A stretch of DNA of 64,000 nt from Eledone cirrhosa (Eukaryota). Under the pieces are notes generated by a model. It was not told the origin of the DNA and did no database searches. It saw only the letters and a program-made list of their open reading frames with translations. Made by a program: the position numbers and the translations under genes. Positions within the stretch are counted from its first letter, which is position 1. Every line of letters begins with the position of its first letter. Below, one piece after another: positions 39,518-55,048 of this stretch. Where the stretch lies: positions 167,152,001 to 167,216,000 of the forward strand of contig OZ024740.1 in NCBI GenBank assembly GCA_964016885.1, read 5' to 3'.

Positions 39518-40263
39518 CATTTATATAACGTCTTGTCATATAGCCCACTTGCAAGAGGCAACATTTATTGCCACCTTGTAAATATGATAGTTATAATCTT
39601 TGGAAGCACTAAGCACTATCTTGTTTTTAGCATGCAGAAAGATTTAGTTGACAGTTCGAGTATGTTCTTGTGATATATTACATTAACACCTGCGAGTCCT
39701 TATGGCAAGAGGCAGGAAATCATGTTTAGCCACAAAGCGTATATTTGTCGGAAATTTCTTTAGCTAGTTGCAATTATATCCATGGCATGTACTTCAACGA
39801 TTCCAATCACACGAAGAGTAATACTCTCTTTGTTGTAGTTTCAACTCATTCTGCACTTTGGAGGTGAGTAGCATAAATATGTTTTGTAAAATCGAATGCT
39901 TTACTTATTTACCTTCATTAGTTGAAATATAGATGTTCGGTGTAGCACCATATTCGCATTAGTGCTCAATTTCCCTGTATAGTGTCATCCTTTTCTTGAG
40001 GAGTGGGCTAATATTAGTAATCATTTCTACTTCAGACACATGTCTAGCAAGTTGATCGGGCGGGGAAAGTCGGTTCTATCCCGACTAATACTTAAGTTGT
40101 ACTTTATTATATCTATTTTTAAAGTATGAAAGACATACTTAAAGAGCTGAAACACATAATACTGATTTTGGTAATGACTGGAAATCGAAACGGACGCGTG
40201 ATAACTAATAATTTGGAGTATTATATCTACTTTATGATGCTACCTACTTAAGTCGATATAATT

Positions 40264-40439
40264 GTTTCTACTATTGGCACAAAGCCAGCAATTTACCAGT
40301 ACATTACTGCTACTTTATTTTATCGACCCTGTAAGGATGAAAGGCAAAGTTAACCTCGACTGGATTTGAACTCAATCCGTAAAGGGACGTAACTATGCTA
40401 GAAAGCATGGCGTGCAACCATCTACCGATACTGCCAAAC
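40264..40439 (-). mobile_element. tRNA-derived SINE with 11-bp TSD
   Basis: Match to 2804-2991; TSD TCGATATAATT at 40253-40263 and 40440-40450. Confidence 0.9.
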
Positions 40440-42809
40440 TCGATATAATTTTCATTCATAATATAAGACCGAGGTCTTAGCAAATGAGCTATATTAGGAT
40501 TTATTGATCATAGAACTCATGACGCTCGAAAACCCAAATACATAATGGTTTATGCTGGTATTTGAAATAACATAATGCATTTTGTCCGACGCAGAAATGA
40601 TTCTGCCTTAGATAAAATATTGTTATATTTAAATTCTCCTTGCAAGTATTTAGAATTACCACACATTCTAACAATCTCGCTGCTGACAATTTAAACAAAG
40701 AAACGAACATTTGTTATGAAGCCAGAAAATGATATTTGATAATTTCCTATTATGTGAAGAAGAGACATAATATATTAATTAAAATTCTGGAGAGAATTTC
40801 CCCTGGCCACTGATCATACAAGATATAGACAATAGTCCTCTATTAGCTATCGTCTACCATCTTACAATCAAGAATGTTTCTTCCTGGAGATGATCAGTCC
40901 AACACAATGCTATTGGTTTCGGTAGACATAAATATTAATACCTGCGTATATTCATCTGTTGTTTATGGTTAGATTATCTGACCTCATCTCTTTTAGAAGT
41001 ATAGAGCTTATTAAATGTACATATCCTAAATGCTACATGAACATCTGCAGGATGAATTAATGAGAAATCCAAGGGAGAAGATATTCTGATGCTACAACGA
41101 CCAATTGATTGTATATATCTGTTTATAGAAATTAATGCGAATATTTATGATCAATTGCTGTGAAATGGCGACATCCAGTCTGTTTTCCGTATGTAATACC
41201 TACATCATGGATATTACTTAAATATATACTATTAAGTCCGCTCGTTTACGAAATAATTATTATGTATTACTACAAATATATTGAGAGTTTTCAATTGAAA
41301 TATTAAGTGCGTCATCTATATTTCTTACTAAGTTTACAGGTTACTTTAGAAGTAAAGATCACCAAATTCGTTTTGCATGCATCAGTTTCATTCTGGCAGC
41401 CATCTTACTGTTTATATCTACTATATCTTACAATTTATAAGCAGATGCCAGTGTAAATACATTACAAAGATAGTTTCACTGTGTATAGACTTTTTTTTTT
41501 GTTTCCAGAATAACCTTATGAAAGAAATGCAGTAACTAAAGGATTTTTCAAGAGAGAAGAAATATGAGTCAATAACTACTAATTACTAATACATAAATCT
41601 GTCGATTGATGTGTTATAGCGTCTATATACAGAATAATATGCCTTATCTTGTGGAGAATATATGTAAATGATAGACATTAGTATTCGGTGTTTTAATTGG
41701 TGGAGCGTTGGAATGGAAAATATACGTGATATGAAAGCATTTTGTATACTCATGCTGATAAATTTAAAGAGTCAAAGATCAGCAATAGAATTATCTCGTT
41801 TTTGACCTCCGCTGATATAGTCGTTAGATTTAGTGCAATAATGCCATATTTCTGTGTGTCTAGTTGTAAACAATGTGGTAGATAGGTTATAGAAACGCTC
41901 AGATCGTATAGATTTTGCTATAAAAAACGTTGAGAATGGTTGCAGTTTACAGGAAAATGAGGATTTAATCATATAAAAGGCATCACACTGTGTTAACGTT
42001 TTATAACCGTGAATTTGAATATCTAGTAGTACATGGTTCGCCTCTATTTTAAAGTCAGCAAGGAAATACTAGTTATTTCTATCAGTGCGATCGACAAAGC
42101 TGAGACTCCATCAATAATACCCATTGAGACCCCTCTCGTATTGCGAAAAGAATGTTTCCATTGGATTCTTTCATATTCGGTTTAATAGTAATCTTAATAT
42201 ATTCTAGTAGATATTTAACGAACATTTCAGAAATATAATTCTTATTATTTTCAAATCTTACTTGAAGAAAGATCTGCTAACAGAATAAAATCGCATTGGC
42301 ATAGAACAGATAGAGTTAGTAGAGGTACAAATCATGCAGAATAACAAAATAAACATAGGAATATAACAATTAACACACACGCATGACCTCCAATATTCCC
42401 TGGATATGTTTGCTGCAAGATAAGAATGGAAATTATGTTGCGATGAAAGCCTGTACATTGCGCTTTGCTTGTGAATGCATTTACAATGAAGTAGGTGGAG
42501 ACGTTTTCTCGAGTGTCGGAGAGCAAGAGGATGAATTGCATGCAAGTTGTGATGGAGCGGATGCAATAATATACCAGTTCATCATTCGAACATCAGCAGA
42601 AGGGCAGTATATTTAAAACAAAACTCATTGTCTTCAGTTAGGTATTCGTAGATATTATCATGAATCTTAGGTAATGACCGGAAGAATAGAATCATACCAG
42701 TAGCTGAATTGATATTCCACAGAAGGGTCGTTGCAGTAACGTCACTTGATAGTGTGCATACCTAGGAGATAATGGAGTCACTAGAGGTAAAACCGTTGAT
42801 TTCTCAGAA

Positions 42810-42930
42810 CCGAGAAACCACAGCTCAAGTACTTCGGACATGCTGTCAGAATGTCTAATAAAGAATCCAAGGACAGATTGTACAGGATACGCAAAACGGA
42901 AGACCACGAAAAATATATTTGCATAATATC
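42810..42930 (+). pseudogene. RTE-like LINE C-terminal remnant
   Basis: QLKYFGHAVRM and downstream GRPRKIYLHNI in a shifted frame. Confidence 0.55.
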
Positions 42931-43089
42931 CGTAGCCCCGATTCTTTTCGCATGAAGAACCAGCTAGATAATTTGACAAGGTTGCTTCGGATGGGCCCCT
43001 TCGGAAGACGTGTCTGCTGACTCGGCCACCTACGACCCTTACATAAATAAGTAAGGGATAGATTAAATAGACATGTTAGACGATGATTA

Positions 43090-43946
43090 TACTATATATA
43101 CATAAGATGTACAGAGTTTACTTGCAGAAATATGACAACGACATGCATAGGTGATACAGCTCGAAACATAAGAGAAAGAATAGACCAGCACTGGGGGGAA
43201 CTAAAATGACAAAAAAAACTGTTCAGTACTATACGAACACGCCCGACAAAGACATGGCGATAATATAGACAACATAGAAATTAAAATAATATCTAAACAT
43301 AAACATGACACAACAGGTAGGTAAATGAGAGAAGCAGCTGAGATAGAGCTTAGAAGCTTAAAGTTAAACAGACAGAATAAATGCACTAACAACAACCATA
43401 CCCTAAAACAATACTCACTTAAGTGAAATATAAATAAATAAATAAATATATACATACACGAGTTCAATAACAACAAACACGTATAAACACACACTAGTAA
43501 ACAAAGATAGTATACACAAACCAAAACACATACACTCAAACGCGAATACACACCAAACATTATACACACGCGCAAACGCATGCGCAGAGACGGAGACAAG
43601 AATAAATAAAAAAAAAAAATAAATGAAATAAAAGACATTACAATACAATAGGAGGAAACATAATAATAGTATCACTGATGGTGTTGCAGATGTGCAAGGA
43701 AATAAGTTTGATAGATTATATATATTTATATCTGTATTTTTAACCGTTGGTCAATGATAAACATTGATTGCCAGATGAATTAACTATGGAGATATAAAAG
43801 ATACAGAAGCGAAAACCAACCAAACAGTGAGTGTGTTCTGATATTATTTCTGGCAATATTATTTAAACAATATGACCCTCCCCAAGTATATTTGTTTCGA
43901 CACACGATTTCATATAAAAAACCTTACAAAACAAATTCATCACCGT
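43090..43946 (+). mobile_element. Diverged family C-related PLE 3' end (GIY-YIG remnant, UTR, tail)
   Basis: IRCTEFTCRN...CIGDTARNIRERIDQHW...SVLYEHA...NIEIKII aligns with 23505-23700; degenerate hammerhead 43670-43713 (TATCA-CTGATGG..TTGCA/TGCAA-g-GAAA..TGATA); tail ATGACCCTCCC...ACAAATTCA. Confidence 0.8.
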
Positions 43947-45361
43947 ATATAAATATATATATATTTATATACGGTGATGAATTTGATTTGTAAGGTTTTA
44001 TATATATATATATAAGCAAAAGGGATATTCAATTTGTTGGTAATTCAACAAATATAAATGATTATAACTGATTCAGAGCACTCGACAAGTTTTCTGGAGT
44101 ATAATATTCAATGATATTAAATAAATGGAAATTATATTTATAAATTATATTTATTCTATTATATATATTTCAAGGGTACCAACACTTTGGTACGCTTTCA
44201 TCAGAAGATAAAATACAAAGTTTGTTTTATAAATGTTGACATAACCAAGGAAAATTACCTTAACGGTTCAAGTTTTCCTTGGATAGTGAAGGGATAAGAG
44301 AGGAAAAGTCAGATATTTCAAATTATTAAGATTAGTATGCAAATGAGGTTGAGTTATAGGGCTGAAGGAAACGTTATTTTAGACGCTATGCAGAATTTAA
44401 ATAATTAGGATATATGTATGTATACGTAGGAAGAAGAAAAAAGAAAGAAGACCTTGTATTTACGTTAATTTAAAAGGAATTAACAACTTGGGGGAAATGG
44501 TGGAATATGATTCCAGAATTTAAATTTAGTTAGCTATATTATGAGTTATAATATTGTATATATAATCAATTAGATTATATGAAGAATTATGGTTGTAAGT
44601 ATATTTTATCTTATTACATTACAATAGGTAATAAGTATATAAATATCTCTATATATTAATAATTGTGCATGTATAAGTATTATAGAAATAGAAATAATTT
44701 ACAATTATTAGTTGTTTATAGTTCTATTATGAGTTACGAAGGATGTTGATTTTGCATTTTACATAAAAAACAGGTGATTCAAGTTGTAAGAGGAGAACAA
44801 TTTGTAGATTCGAATATTGTGTTCCAACATTGAAAGTCTTTTCAGAATATTGCTAATTTATCGAAGTTACATAGTTTATCGTACATATTATTATAATATT
44901 TATGTTTGCATAATTGAAAAGAGAAATATAACTCCAATCTTGTCTGTTAGCCATTAAATTTGATGAATGGTTTACTCAGAAGATATATAGAGAACATTAT
45001 ATATTATTTTGTGTGAGATTAATTATTTTACTCGAAAGATGTGTAAAGGAAAAACGTAATGTGCATTTAGAATAACTATCGTAAAGATTTTCAGAATGTC
45101 AATTAAAGATTATCAATCTATATCTAAAAAAAATAATGTCAGAAATAGAAAATATTAAAAAAATATTAAAAATATATATATTAATATATATATTAAAAAA
45201 ATATATATTAAACAATTTTTTTAAAATTAATGTCAAAAGGAAAAAATAGTAGAAATATTAATATTAGAAATATTAAAAGAAATTAAGAAGGAAGATTCTT
45301 TAAAAAAATTTACATTTAAATTTTAAAGAAAATAGGATCATTTTGAAGATGTATAAGAATA

Positions 45362-45685
45362 TTATAAATTTAAGATACTTCTGAAAGTGGAATTTTGGCG
45401 ATGTCTGCAACAAGAAAATAATTCTGTTTTAAGATTAATAGAGTTTTCACAATTAATTATATAAAACATTTCCTCGATAAACAAGTTACAGAATCTTGAG
45501 AAAGCCATATTTCGGTATGCAGGTGCTTTCGAAATCGTTCTCCAAGATATTGAATAATCTATATTGTTGTCTTTTAAGTTCCAAATTAATTGTGAAAGTG
45601 AAGTGGAAGAATTTTTTATCGGATCTCTTAAATGTGTGTTTATGGTTAATCCAGCGTTCTTTGAATTTTGTAGAAGTGGCACCAA
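45362..45685 (-). pseudogene. PLE GIY-YIG endonuclease C-terminal half
   Basis: STSLSQLIWNLKDNNIDYSISWRTISKAPAY...CNLFIEEMFYII...INLKTELFSCCRHR. Confidence 0.85.
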
Positions 45686-45896
45686 TTTAACTATATATAT
45701 ATCCTAAATATTTAAATTCTGTATAGCGTCTAAAATAACGGGTTTTTTTCAGCCCTATACCTCAACCTCATTTGCATACTCATCTTAATAATTTGAAATA
45801 TCTGACTTTTCCTCTCTTAACGCTTCACTATCCAAGGAAAACTTGAACCGTTAAGGTAATTTCCCTTGGTAATGTCAAAATTTATGAAACAAACAG

Positions 45897-45957
45897 TATT
45901 TTATCTGATGAAAGCGTACCAAAGTTTTGGTACCCTTGAAATATATATAATAGAATA
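45897..45957 (+). ncRNA. Type I hammerhead ribozyme motif (family B)
   Basis: TATTTTAT-CTGATGA-AAGcGTACCAA/TTGGTACcCTT-GAAA-TATATA-TA-ATAGAATA. Confidence 0.82.
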
Positions 45958-46001
45958 AATATGGTTTTATATATAAATATAGTTTCCATTTATTTAATAT
46001 C

Positions 46002-46045
<44 letters not shown>

Positions 46046-48837
46046 TGTCTCTTTCCGTATTAATGCACACACATATACGGTTCATACATATATATTTGTT
46101 TTTGTGTTTTTGCGTGCCCATGTATGTGTCTCTAAGTCCAAAATGACAAAAGTGAGGGAGAGAGAAAAATGTGTAGATAGTGCTCGTATATATTTATTTT
46201 TGCCGCACAATGAAAAATATAGAATATAAACAATAAAAATATACAGATTCATATTTACATTTCCACATTTCAAACTTAATATTTTTCTAGGACGTTGATG
46301 TGATCAAGACAATGGTGGAGATGTAGAAAATGTTGGGTGACTTGCAGTGTTAGAGGTATTTGTTTTATGTTCCATTTTCCCATCATGCCAATGTTGATAA
46401 AATATGTGCTAGACTAGAATTCCCAACATTACAGGTATTTATGGTATTTTCTTTTCCAAAAGGTGCTTGAGGCTATTTTGCTTAAACTTACTCTGCATCA
46501 AAGTAGCATTTCCCAAATTGCCTATTTATTTACATATATAACATTTGTGCTTGGACGGGAAAATATATATTAGCGAGCCCGAAGGAATCGCAGAGTGCTG
46601 TAGTGAATGCTATTAAATATTTAGTCTTACTTAAGAACGGTGAATTTCCGAGAATGGTTGATAGAATAAAGAAATCAAATGCCATGTTGTATTTAGTTTA
46701 TAACTGTAGTATGACAAAAAAATCGTATGTAATAAACTTATAAATCTTTTCTTCGCTTCCGAGATCCGGTATAATATCTCTTTGCTCTACTCTTATTTTC
46801 ATGTACCAGGCTTCCTTTCATGTCATTTCTCTATTTAGGTAAGACCGTTTAAATTTTGTTTTCATATTCCACCAATGATAATCTTTCGATTTCATGCTGC
46901 CTAGATAGATAACATAAATCTACATAAAGTGATAGGATATATGTTATAGAATATCTCCCCTACCAATAAAACAAAATATCTTATATTGATACTGGCAGTA
47001 AATTAGGACATCTGTTAGAACGTCAAATAGAATGCATTGCTATATTTGCTGCAATTCTCTGTGCTCTGAGTTCAAATTAGGCTGAGATCAATTTTTCATA
47101 TCACCATTTACAGTTATATATAAATTGTAACAATCCGGTACTGAGGTCGATTTCTTCTCTGTACATCTTTCGAGATTTCTTGTTATCACATTCTATTTTT
47201 TCTTTTGTTGGTGGAAATCGGATATATACTGAGCTGGTTACATATGGGATTCAATTTCCCATAAAACGCCGGTTGTCTCAGCGTCCCACAAGCGACTCCA
47301 CTAGGAGTTCGCTTCTCTATGTCCATTATTAGTCAGTATTTTGACTCGTTTGGAAAAATCGGTTTACAGGTTGACATTTAAAATCGCGTTCTTTTATACA
47401 TACCGGCTTTCTGTCATAAAAATCCCAAATCAGCCAATGCCAGGTTTGCCTTTCATCGCTTTGGGAGCAATAGTTGAAATGGCAGTTTAGTATTCGGGTC
47501 GATTCCTCGTCATCTCTGTATTTTTTTTATCTTTCTTTCACACATTCTCTGATTTTCTCTATTAACGAAATCCACTACAGGACCTGTATATTAACCGGCT
47601 TCACTAAGTTTCTTAAAAAGCGGTAAATCACGGTTTCAAAATAAACAAAAATCCAAACGAAAAATAATTTATCATATCTAATTTTACTTCGCTTTGCGAT
47701 TTCAGTTCAGATCATATTGGCATACACTTCGAATTGTTTCCTAAAATACAAGTCAACTACTGGGCTGAAAGTAATGAAGTACTAATTTTCCCCAAATTTG
47801 TAGAAATCTTTCTACAGATTGTTCTAAAGATTGTTCTACAGATTGTTCTGAGTTCCTATTTCTCTGCCAGCGAAATATGCGTAACATTGATGCGCATGCA
47901 TACACACGCACCCACACACAAGCATGATCATATGCAGCGGCAAATGCGAAGCGCTTTCCCTCCAACCTATCAAATAGTACTTCAAACATATAGCAATCTC
48001 GGCGACAATTTTGTATATAACTGAAAGAATATCATTAGATGTTAGCTAGAAAGAGTCGGCATAATGACACATATCTCCATCTCTCTTGACTTTTGAAAAT
48101 CATGAAATATTTGAAACCAGCGAAATCATAAATTATTATAGATAAAACCTTCCAAGTGCATTTTCAACTTAATTTTTCCCATATATATGTATACATATAT
48201 GTGTGTGTGTGAGAGAGAGAGTATATATATAACAAACTATACGTAGTTTTCTCGTGTGTATATATATATATATATATATATACACAAGAAAACTACGCAT
48301 AGTTTGTTTCCCTAGTTCTATTCACAATATATTAACTAAACTAAAAAAGAATGAATATAATACAACTTGCTGGATGACACATTATCCCTCGTGTTGAAAT
48401 CAGAACGAGGACTGCAAATAGTAGTTCTTTACCACACTACCAACATTGCTGTATGTGTTACTCATATCCTGAAAGAGAGATATAAATTAATATTCCTAGT
48501 AAAATACAATGCCATGTAAATTGAAACATGATTTAATTGCAATTATAGCAGTAGCTCTTTAAAAATGATTTATTTTTTTCCAAATATTTTTCCAAGCGAA
48601 ATACTTTTCTTAACATTTTTAATAACATACTTCTATAAAGCCACGGGCGGCATGGTTTTATACTTTAGATTATAATTTAATCAAATTGCTACAGGCGCCT
48701 TCATAATTTAAAGCACACGAAGAGGAAGAGGGCACAGAATTCATAGAAAAAATACCTTTTCTATTTTTTGACGGCGTATAATGAAGATTTCAAATTATTT
48801 CAAAGCAAACATCCTGATGTTTTGGGACATACGTGTG

Positions 48838-48897
48838 TATACACACACACACGCACACACACCCACACACCCACACACACACACACACTCACACACA

Positions 48898-48932
<35 letters not shown>

Positions 48933-48972
48933 CCACACACACACACACACACACATACATACACACACACAC

Positions 48973-49013
<41 letters not shown>

Positions 49014-49060
49014 GACACACACACACGGGCGCGCACGCACACACATACACACACACTCAC
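48838..49060. repeat. Imperfect (CA)n microsatellite
   Basis: Direct reading. Confidence 0.95.
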
Positions 49061-50310
49061 CCATTCACGCATACAAAAATATATATGCACCCACATTCAG
49101 ATTGAGATAGATAAAAACAAAAGACGATATGCACACTTATTAAGCCATTAGCTATCACGATGTATTTCCTTCGTAGAAGATTCTGGTAATTGCAACAAAA
49201 AAAAAAAAAAAGAGAGCCTATATATAATCCGAATACAAAAACAGTCAAAACGAAATATAGTATGAATTTATTCTTTAAATCATTTGTTTTCACTCATTGG
49301 GATGCAGTAATGATAACCAGAACACTTAAAAGGTTTACTTGATCAACCTCGTTTCGTCTCAATTTTTCCCACTCTGTCGTAAAGTTCTTACACTACTCAT
49401 ACCAAATATTGGTGGACTTCACTCCCTTCATATCAGTTTATACCTCGATTGTCACATCTTAAGCGTTATTTTTGACCGAGGATATACGACGACCCTATTC
49501 ACTCATCCTGTAAAAAATACACATCTTCGTAGCGCCTGATTTTAAACTCCATGTAAAACAATTGACCATGTCATTACCGATGACTTAGAATTTAATGTTA
49601 GACGAGATATATTTCTCTATAAATGATACTTAGGATACCGCAATGTGAAATACACCCAGACACTGTTGTTTTAGAGAGGATGCCGTTTTCAATGTTTGTA
49701 TTTTTAAGATTACAATCTCCAGTAATATTAGTAGATTTGACGGTATTCCATTTTTCATTAGGGAAACAGTTTTCTATTCTGTTCAATGAAATCTAGATGT
49801 AGAAGAGATGATCTCATCACGAAAATATACCATACAAAATAACTGATATGCAGTGAAGTTGTTAATAAAACGACTTGAAAGAACAGTTAATTCATATGAT
49901 CAACTACAGAAATATTAATACCTAATTGCACGCGGACAGCCACCCGTGGCGCCATTTGGAACGCACATACGAACCCAAGAAAAATAAATAGTAATCACCC
50001 ATTCCACCTATTGCCCTATAAAAACATGAAATATAATCACCACGACAAACTCAGTACCACGAAATCTGGGTAACTTAAGTAATACAAATCTATACTCCTA
50101 ACGGTTGTTCAAAGTGACTTAAGTACTAAGACAATTTCTTCCTTAGTTATTTACTATAGTAAATAACTAAGGAATAAATTGTCTTTGTTGACAGAAATAT
50201 TTCCCATTTGGTCAATTTGGACTATGCTTTGATTAAGGCGATTTGCTGCCAGGTCCGACTCCAATTCTATAGACCTGTTTGAAAGTCGCGATAACCATGC
50301 TTGGGTGTAG

Positions 50311-50443
<133 letters not shown>

Positions 50444-50779
50444 AATATACACTAATATATTTTCTCGATAACTATAATTCAACACCCTCTCAACGATTAT
50501 TCCATTTCATTTACACATGGATATGCATACATATATATATAAACATTCACTAAGCCATATATCTACACAAATAACCACTCCCTAACCATATAAAAAATAC
50601 AACGCTTATGGGAAGAGAATTTACAATTGGATAAATAATGTATGCCCTTATTTCGACAAAATAAACACCCTGATGGTACAGCCAGTTAACCGTCAAAGCC
50701 TTTGGAAATAAGCCTGGAACGAGCAGTTGAAATATCAAGAACATAGCTATCGAGGTCCCGGCCTTTTATAATATATATA

Positions 50780-52305
50780 TATGCGAGGTTATATTTAATT
50801 TTAAAATGTTTATAACTGCTATAAAGCACTCAACAAGTTAGTGGAGAAAATATACAATATATTAATAAATGGAAACTATATTTATAAAACCATATTTATT
50901 TTATTATACATATTTCAACGGCAACCAAGGCAAATTATGGTGCGCTTTCATCAGATAAAATACAGATTTGTTTTATAAATAAATATTGACATACTCGGAA
51001 AAAAAGACAACCATAAAGGTTGGAGCTTCCTGGATAGTGGTGATACAAAATTATGAGTGAATATGCAAATCAGTGTTTCGAAAGCTCGAAAAGATAACGG
51101 TTTATTTAAATTAAACTGTTAGAAGAAGATGATATGTAAGGGAGAGAGAAAAAAATAGAAAAAAGGAAAAAGAAAGGAGAAAGATAGAAGAGGAAAAAAG
51201 AACGATTATATATATTCATAGTGAAAATAGAGTGCATGAAGAGATAAATATAGACAGCGTAAGTGTATCTAAAAGAGAGAAGATATGAGAATAACGTGGA
51301 AGAATAATATTTATAATGCAGGATTCATTACGTTTTGATTATAATACTTATAATGATAGGTTGAAAAATTAAATTAAAATTAAATTAAAATAAAATTAAA
51401 AATTAGAAATCAAAATTGAAGATTAAAATTTACCTTAATATTAAAGATTTAATTTAAGAATTTAATATTAATAATTAGTTTAAATGTTAAGGATTATAAA
51501 TTATTTAAATACATATATAGTATTTTACATTAGAGCAAAACTAATATAGTTTATTTTATTAAAAGTTGTAAGTCAAAATTTAAACATACAAATAATTCTA
51601 AATTTATTAAAAGTTTACGAGAGTTTACAAAAGAATAACCACTTAGTTATATTATAAAAACAGTAAGGAAGTGTAAAGGAAGTTAGAAGTGATTTTTTAA
51701 GAACTCAGATGACTCTAAGGATTAAATGTTATAAAGTTAAAAAGTTAAACATTTTTTTATCTTGAGAATATAATTAAAACATGAACCATATGTTATTTTA
51801 TACGAAGTCATAAATTTGCTTGCTATAAAGTTAAAACATTAACATTAAAATTAAAACATTAAAAAAATTTATCTTAAGAATATATCTAAAGCATAAACCA
51901 TAGGTGATTCCACATATATATAAAAAACCTATATATAAAAATCATGTTTTTCCACATATATATAAACATTAAAAACGTTTAAGATATAAAAATATAAACA
52001 TATTGGAAGGTATGAAAATAATGGTTTTTCTATATCTTTCAAAGGAATTTTCAAAAGATTTTTCCTAAAACCTTGCGTAAGTTTTTCAAGAAAAATTTGT
52101 TTTTCTTAAAGGAGTTTCAAGCAGTCATATCCAAGAAGCTCCAACCGTTAGGGTTGTCTTTTTTTCCGGGTATGTCAATATTTATTTATAAAAAAAATCT
52201 GTATTTTATCTGATGAAACCGCACCATAATTTGCCTTGGTTGCCGTTGAAATGTGTATAATAAAATAAATATGGATTTATAAATATAGTTTCCATTTATT
52301 AATAT
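50780..52305 (-). mobile_element. Non-coding PLE 3' segment (family B-related) with inverted terminal repeat
   Basis: ~50860-51035 inverted relative to ~52128-52305; tail 50780-50860; hammerheads at 50897-50962 (-) and 52202-52267 (+). Confidence 0.85.
52202..52267 (+). ncRNA. Type I hammerhead ribozyme motif
   Basis: TATTTTAT-CTGATGA-AACcGCACCA/TGGTTGCcGTT-GAAA-TGTGTA-TA-ATAAAATA. Confidence 0.8.
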
Positions 52306-52336
52306 ATGTATATATATATATACACACACATATATA

Positions 52337-52800
52337 GTAGCATCTAGCCTCTTCCACTAGTTCCTGCACTTTACATGTAATGGTTCTGGTGTTCCAGGAT
52401 CCACTGTTAAGGTTTGTCCCCTTCCCGACCATGGTGGAAGATTCAATATACATGTTGGCTGTGACCACCTGCCATGGAAAGGAATGTTTGGCAGGAGTGG
52501 TAACCCCGATCTAAACGCGAATGGAAAAGCCTTACTAAATTCCTGTTACAGAAATGGACTCTCTAACATGAAGACCTTCAAGAATCGAATCAGGGACAGT
52601 GATCAATTCATTTTTAATATTGGCTCTGACCTCTTTGATTCTGTGTTGGATATTCGTGAGGAGGGAGGTGCTGAGCTGTAGAATCAGTCGGCTGGAATTT
52701 GTAGACGACATGGTGTTACTTAACTCGACAGAAGGTGAGCAGCGACTTGCACTCGGCATGTTTGATGCCGAGTTGCGAAAACTGAGATGCTTATTTTGCC
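52337..52800. pseudogene. Rearranged RTE-type LINE fragments (APE endonuclease and RT)
   Basis: Minus: GSWNTRTITCKVQELVEEARCY; plus: GNPDLNANGKALLNSC..NGLSNMKTF, VLDIREEGGAEL, ISRLEFVDDMVLL. Confidence 0.75.
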
Positions 52801-53361
52801 AAGAATATACTTATATATATATACAGAGACAGAGAGGGCGGAGAGAAAGAGACAGTTAAACATCACGTGGGAGAAGTGTAGGAAACAGAAAATGCGGAAG
52901 CGACATCGGCTGGGACAAAGGCTTGGAATTGTATAGTAGTATTAAGAACTAATGAAGAGAGATAAAAATGATATGTAGATGGATACAGTGGAGAAATAGC
53001 GATAGAGAGGTACATGGAGTGAACGAGAAAAAGAGTGGGAGTGTTACAGCATTAGTAAATAACGGTTTTATTTAAAAATTAGGCTGTGTGGTTACGACGA
53101 TATCCATGGATATCTCTATGGTTTCTAAATGCACTGGTGGTGAAAACTCGTCTTATAAATCATCTGAAACTATAATGACCTCCCGAAAGACAGGCAATTG
53201 TCCATGTACTTATTTCACTCATGTGACTTTTAATGATATTTTCTTTGAAACCATAAAACCAAATTTTAAATTTATAATGCTGTTTACTACTGCTATGACA
53301 CTCCATCTATCTCTTTCTCTCTATCTATAACTATTTCTCCCCCCTCTTACTCTCTCACTCT

Positions 53362-53419
<58 letters not shown>

Positions 53420-53768
53420 TATATGTACACATATATATATATATGTATATATATATATGTGTATATACATACATATATATATATTTAGCGAAAGAGAGAG
53501 AGAGAGGCGGGGAGGTACCTATATAAAGTGTGTGAGTGTGAATGAATGATATTGTATTTGGTAGGACATCTAAAAGTATATTTTATCTTTTATCTACCGT
53601 TATCAACATTTACACCTCCGGGGCTGTTAATTAAATTTCCTTTCACTCTACTTTACTTATGTATGCCTCTATTCACACGCACGTACACATACATACAATG
53701 CACACATACCCACATACACGTACACACACGCACTCACACACAGATGTGTGTATCTATCTATTTGTCTC

Positions 53769-53892
<124 letters not shown>

Positions 53893-54087
53893 TTAAATTA
53901 ATGAATCTAAGGATATATCTATGTGAACGCGTGTCCATATATGTTAGTAAAAGTTTTACACATACACAAGCAGAAGACGTAATTAAGTACACACACCCAG
54001 AAGGTTTTAGCCATCTAAATATTCACATACTTGCAGCCTACCATATTCCCACATATGCACATATACATGTATAAATGTACATTCATT

Positions 54088-54119
<32 letters not shown>

Positions 54120-54122
54120 CGT

Positions 54123-54205
<83 letters not shown>

Positions 54206-54207
54206 CT

Positions 54208-54266
<59 letters not shown>

Positions 54267-54945
54267 TACACGTATATATATATATATATATATATGTAAA
54301 TGAATGTACATTTATACATGTATATATATATAGTGCAGAGATAGAGAGACGTATGCTTATGAATTAGGAAACATTGCGTGCGGGATGGAATGTACTGTCG
54401 CCAGAATGAAATGCACAGATTAAGTACTATGGAATATCTTTAAAACTACTCATTTATTTAACCCTTTTAACCGTTTTGTATATGTTTGTGGGGTGGGTTT
54501 TGCGTGCGTGAACAGTTTTCTATATGTAAATTGACGCTTAAGGCTCTCAGTACATTTATTTTTGATTCGTTCATGTATGTGTCCCACTTTTTTTTCATTT
54601 CATGTGTGATGCTTTTTATTATCTCCCTTGTTCCTTATTTTATGTATTCATAAACTGCAGTATGCTTTCCAAATTGACAACTGCATTAAACTGTAATTAG
54701 TTTCCTAATTAGAATCGGATTCATTACTGAATTTGCATCTTATCAGATTAGTTGGCACGTATAATTCAACACAACATAATGTCTTCTCTTTTTATCATTA
54801 TTCCTTATCTTTCACTCTGATTTTCATGTTCTGCCTACACATCATGTCATTCTCTATTTATTATGCAACAATGGCTTCATCGGTGGGTTTCACCTAATCA
54901 ATAAACAATCGATTGACAGAATTCGATTCCAACACACACAAACAC

Positions 54946-54980
<35 letters not shown>

Positions 54981-55009
54981 GTGTGTGCGTGTATGTATGT
55001 GTGTGTGTG

Positions 55010-55048
<39 letters not shown>

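Larger units (their letters stand above)
44013..46010 (-). mobile_element. 5'-truncated PLE (family B) with inverted terminal repeat
   Basis: 44104-44420 inverted relative to 45693-46010; tail 44013-44103; endonuclease remnant; hammerheads at 44152-44215 (-) and 45897-45957 (+). Confidence 0.9.

Noticed and set aside
47200-47700. CpG-richer stretch with CCAAT as a possible promoter
   Set aside because: No downstream gene or other support.
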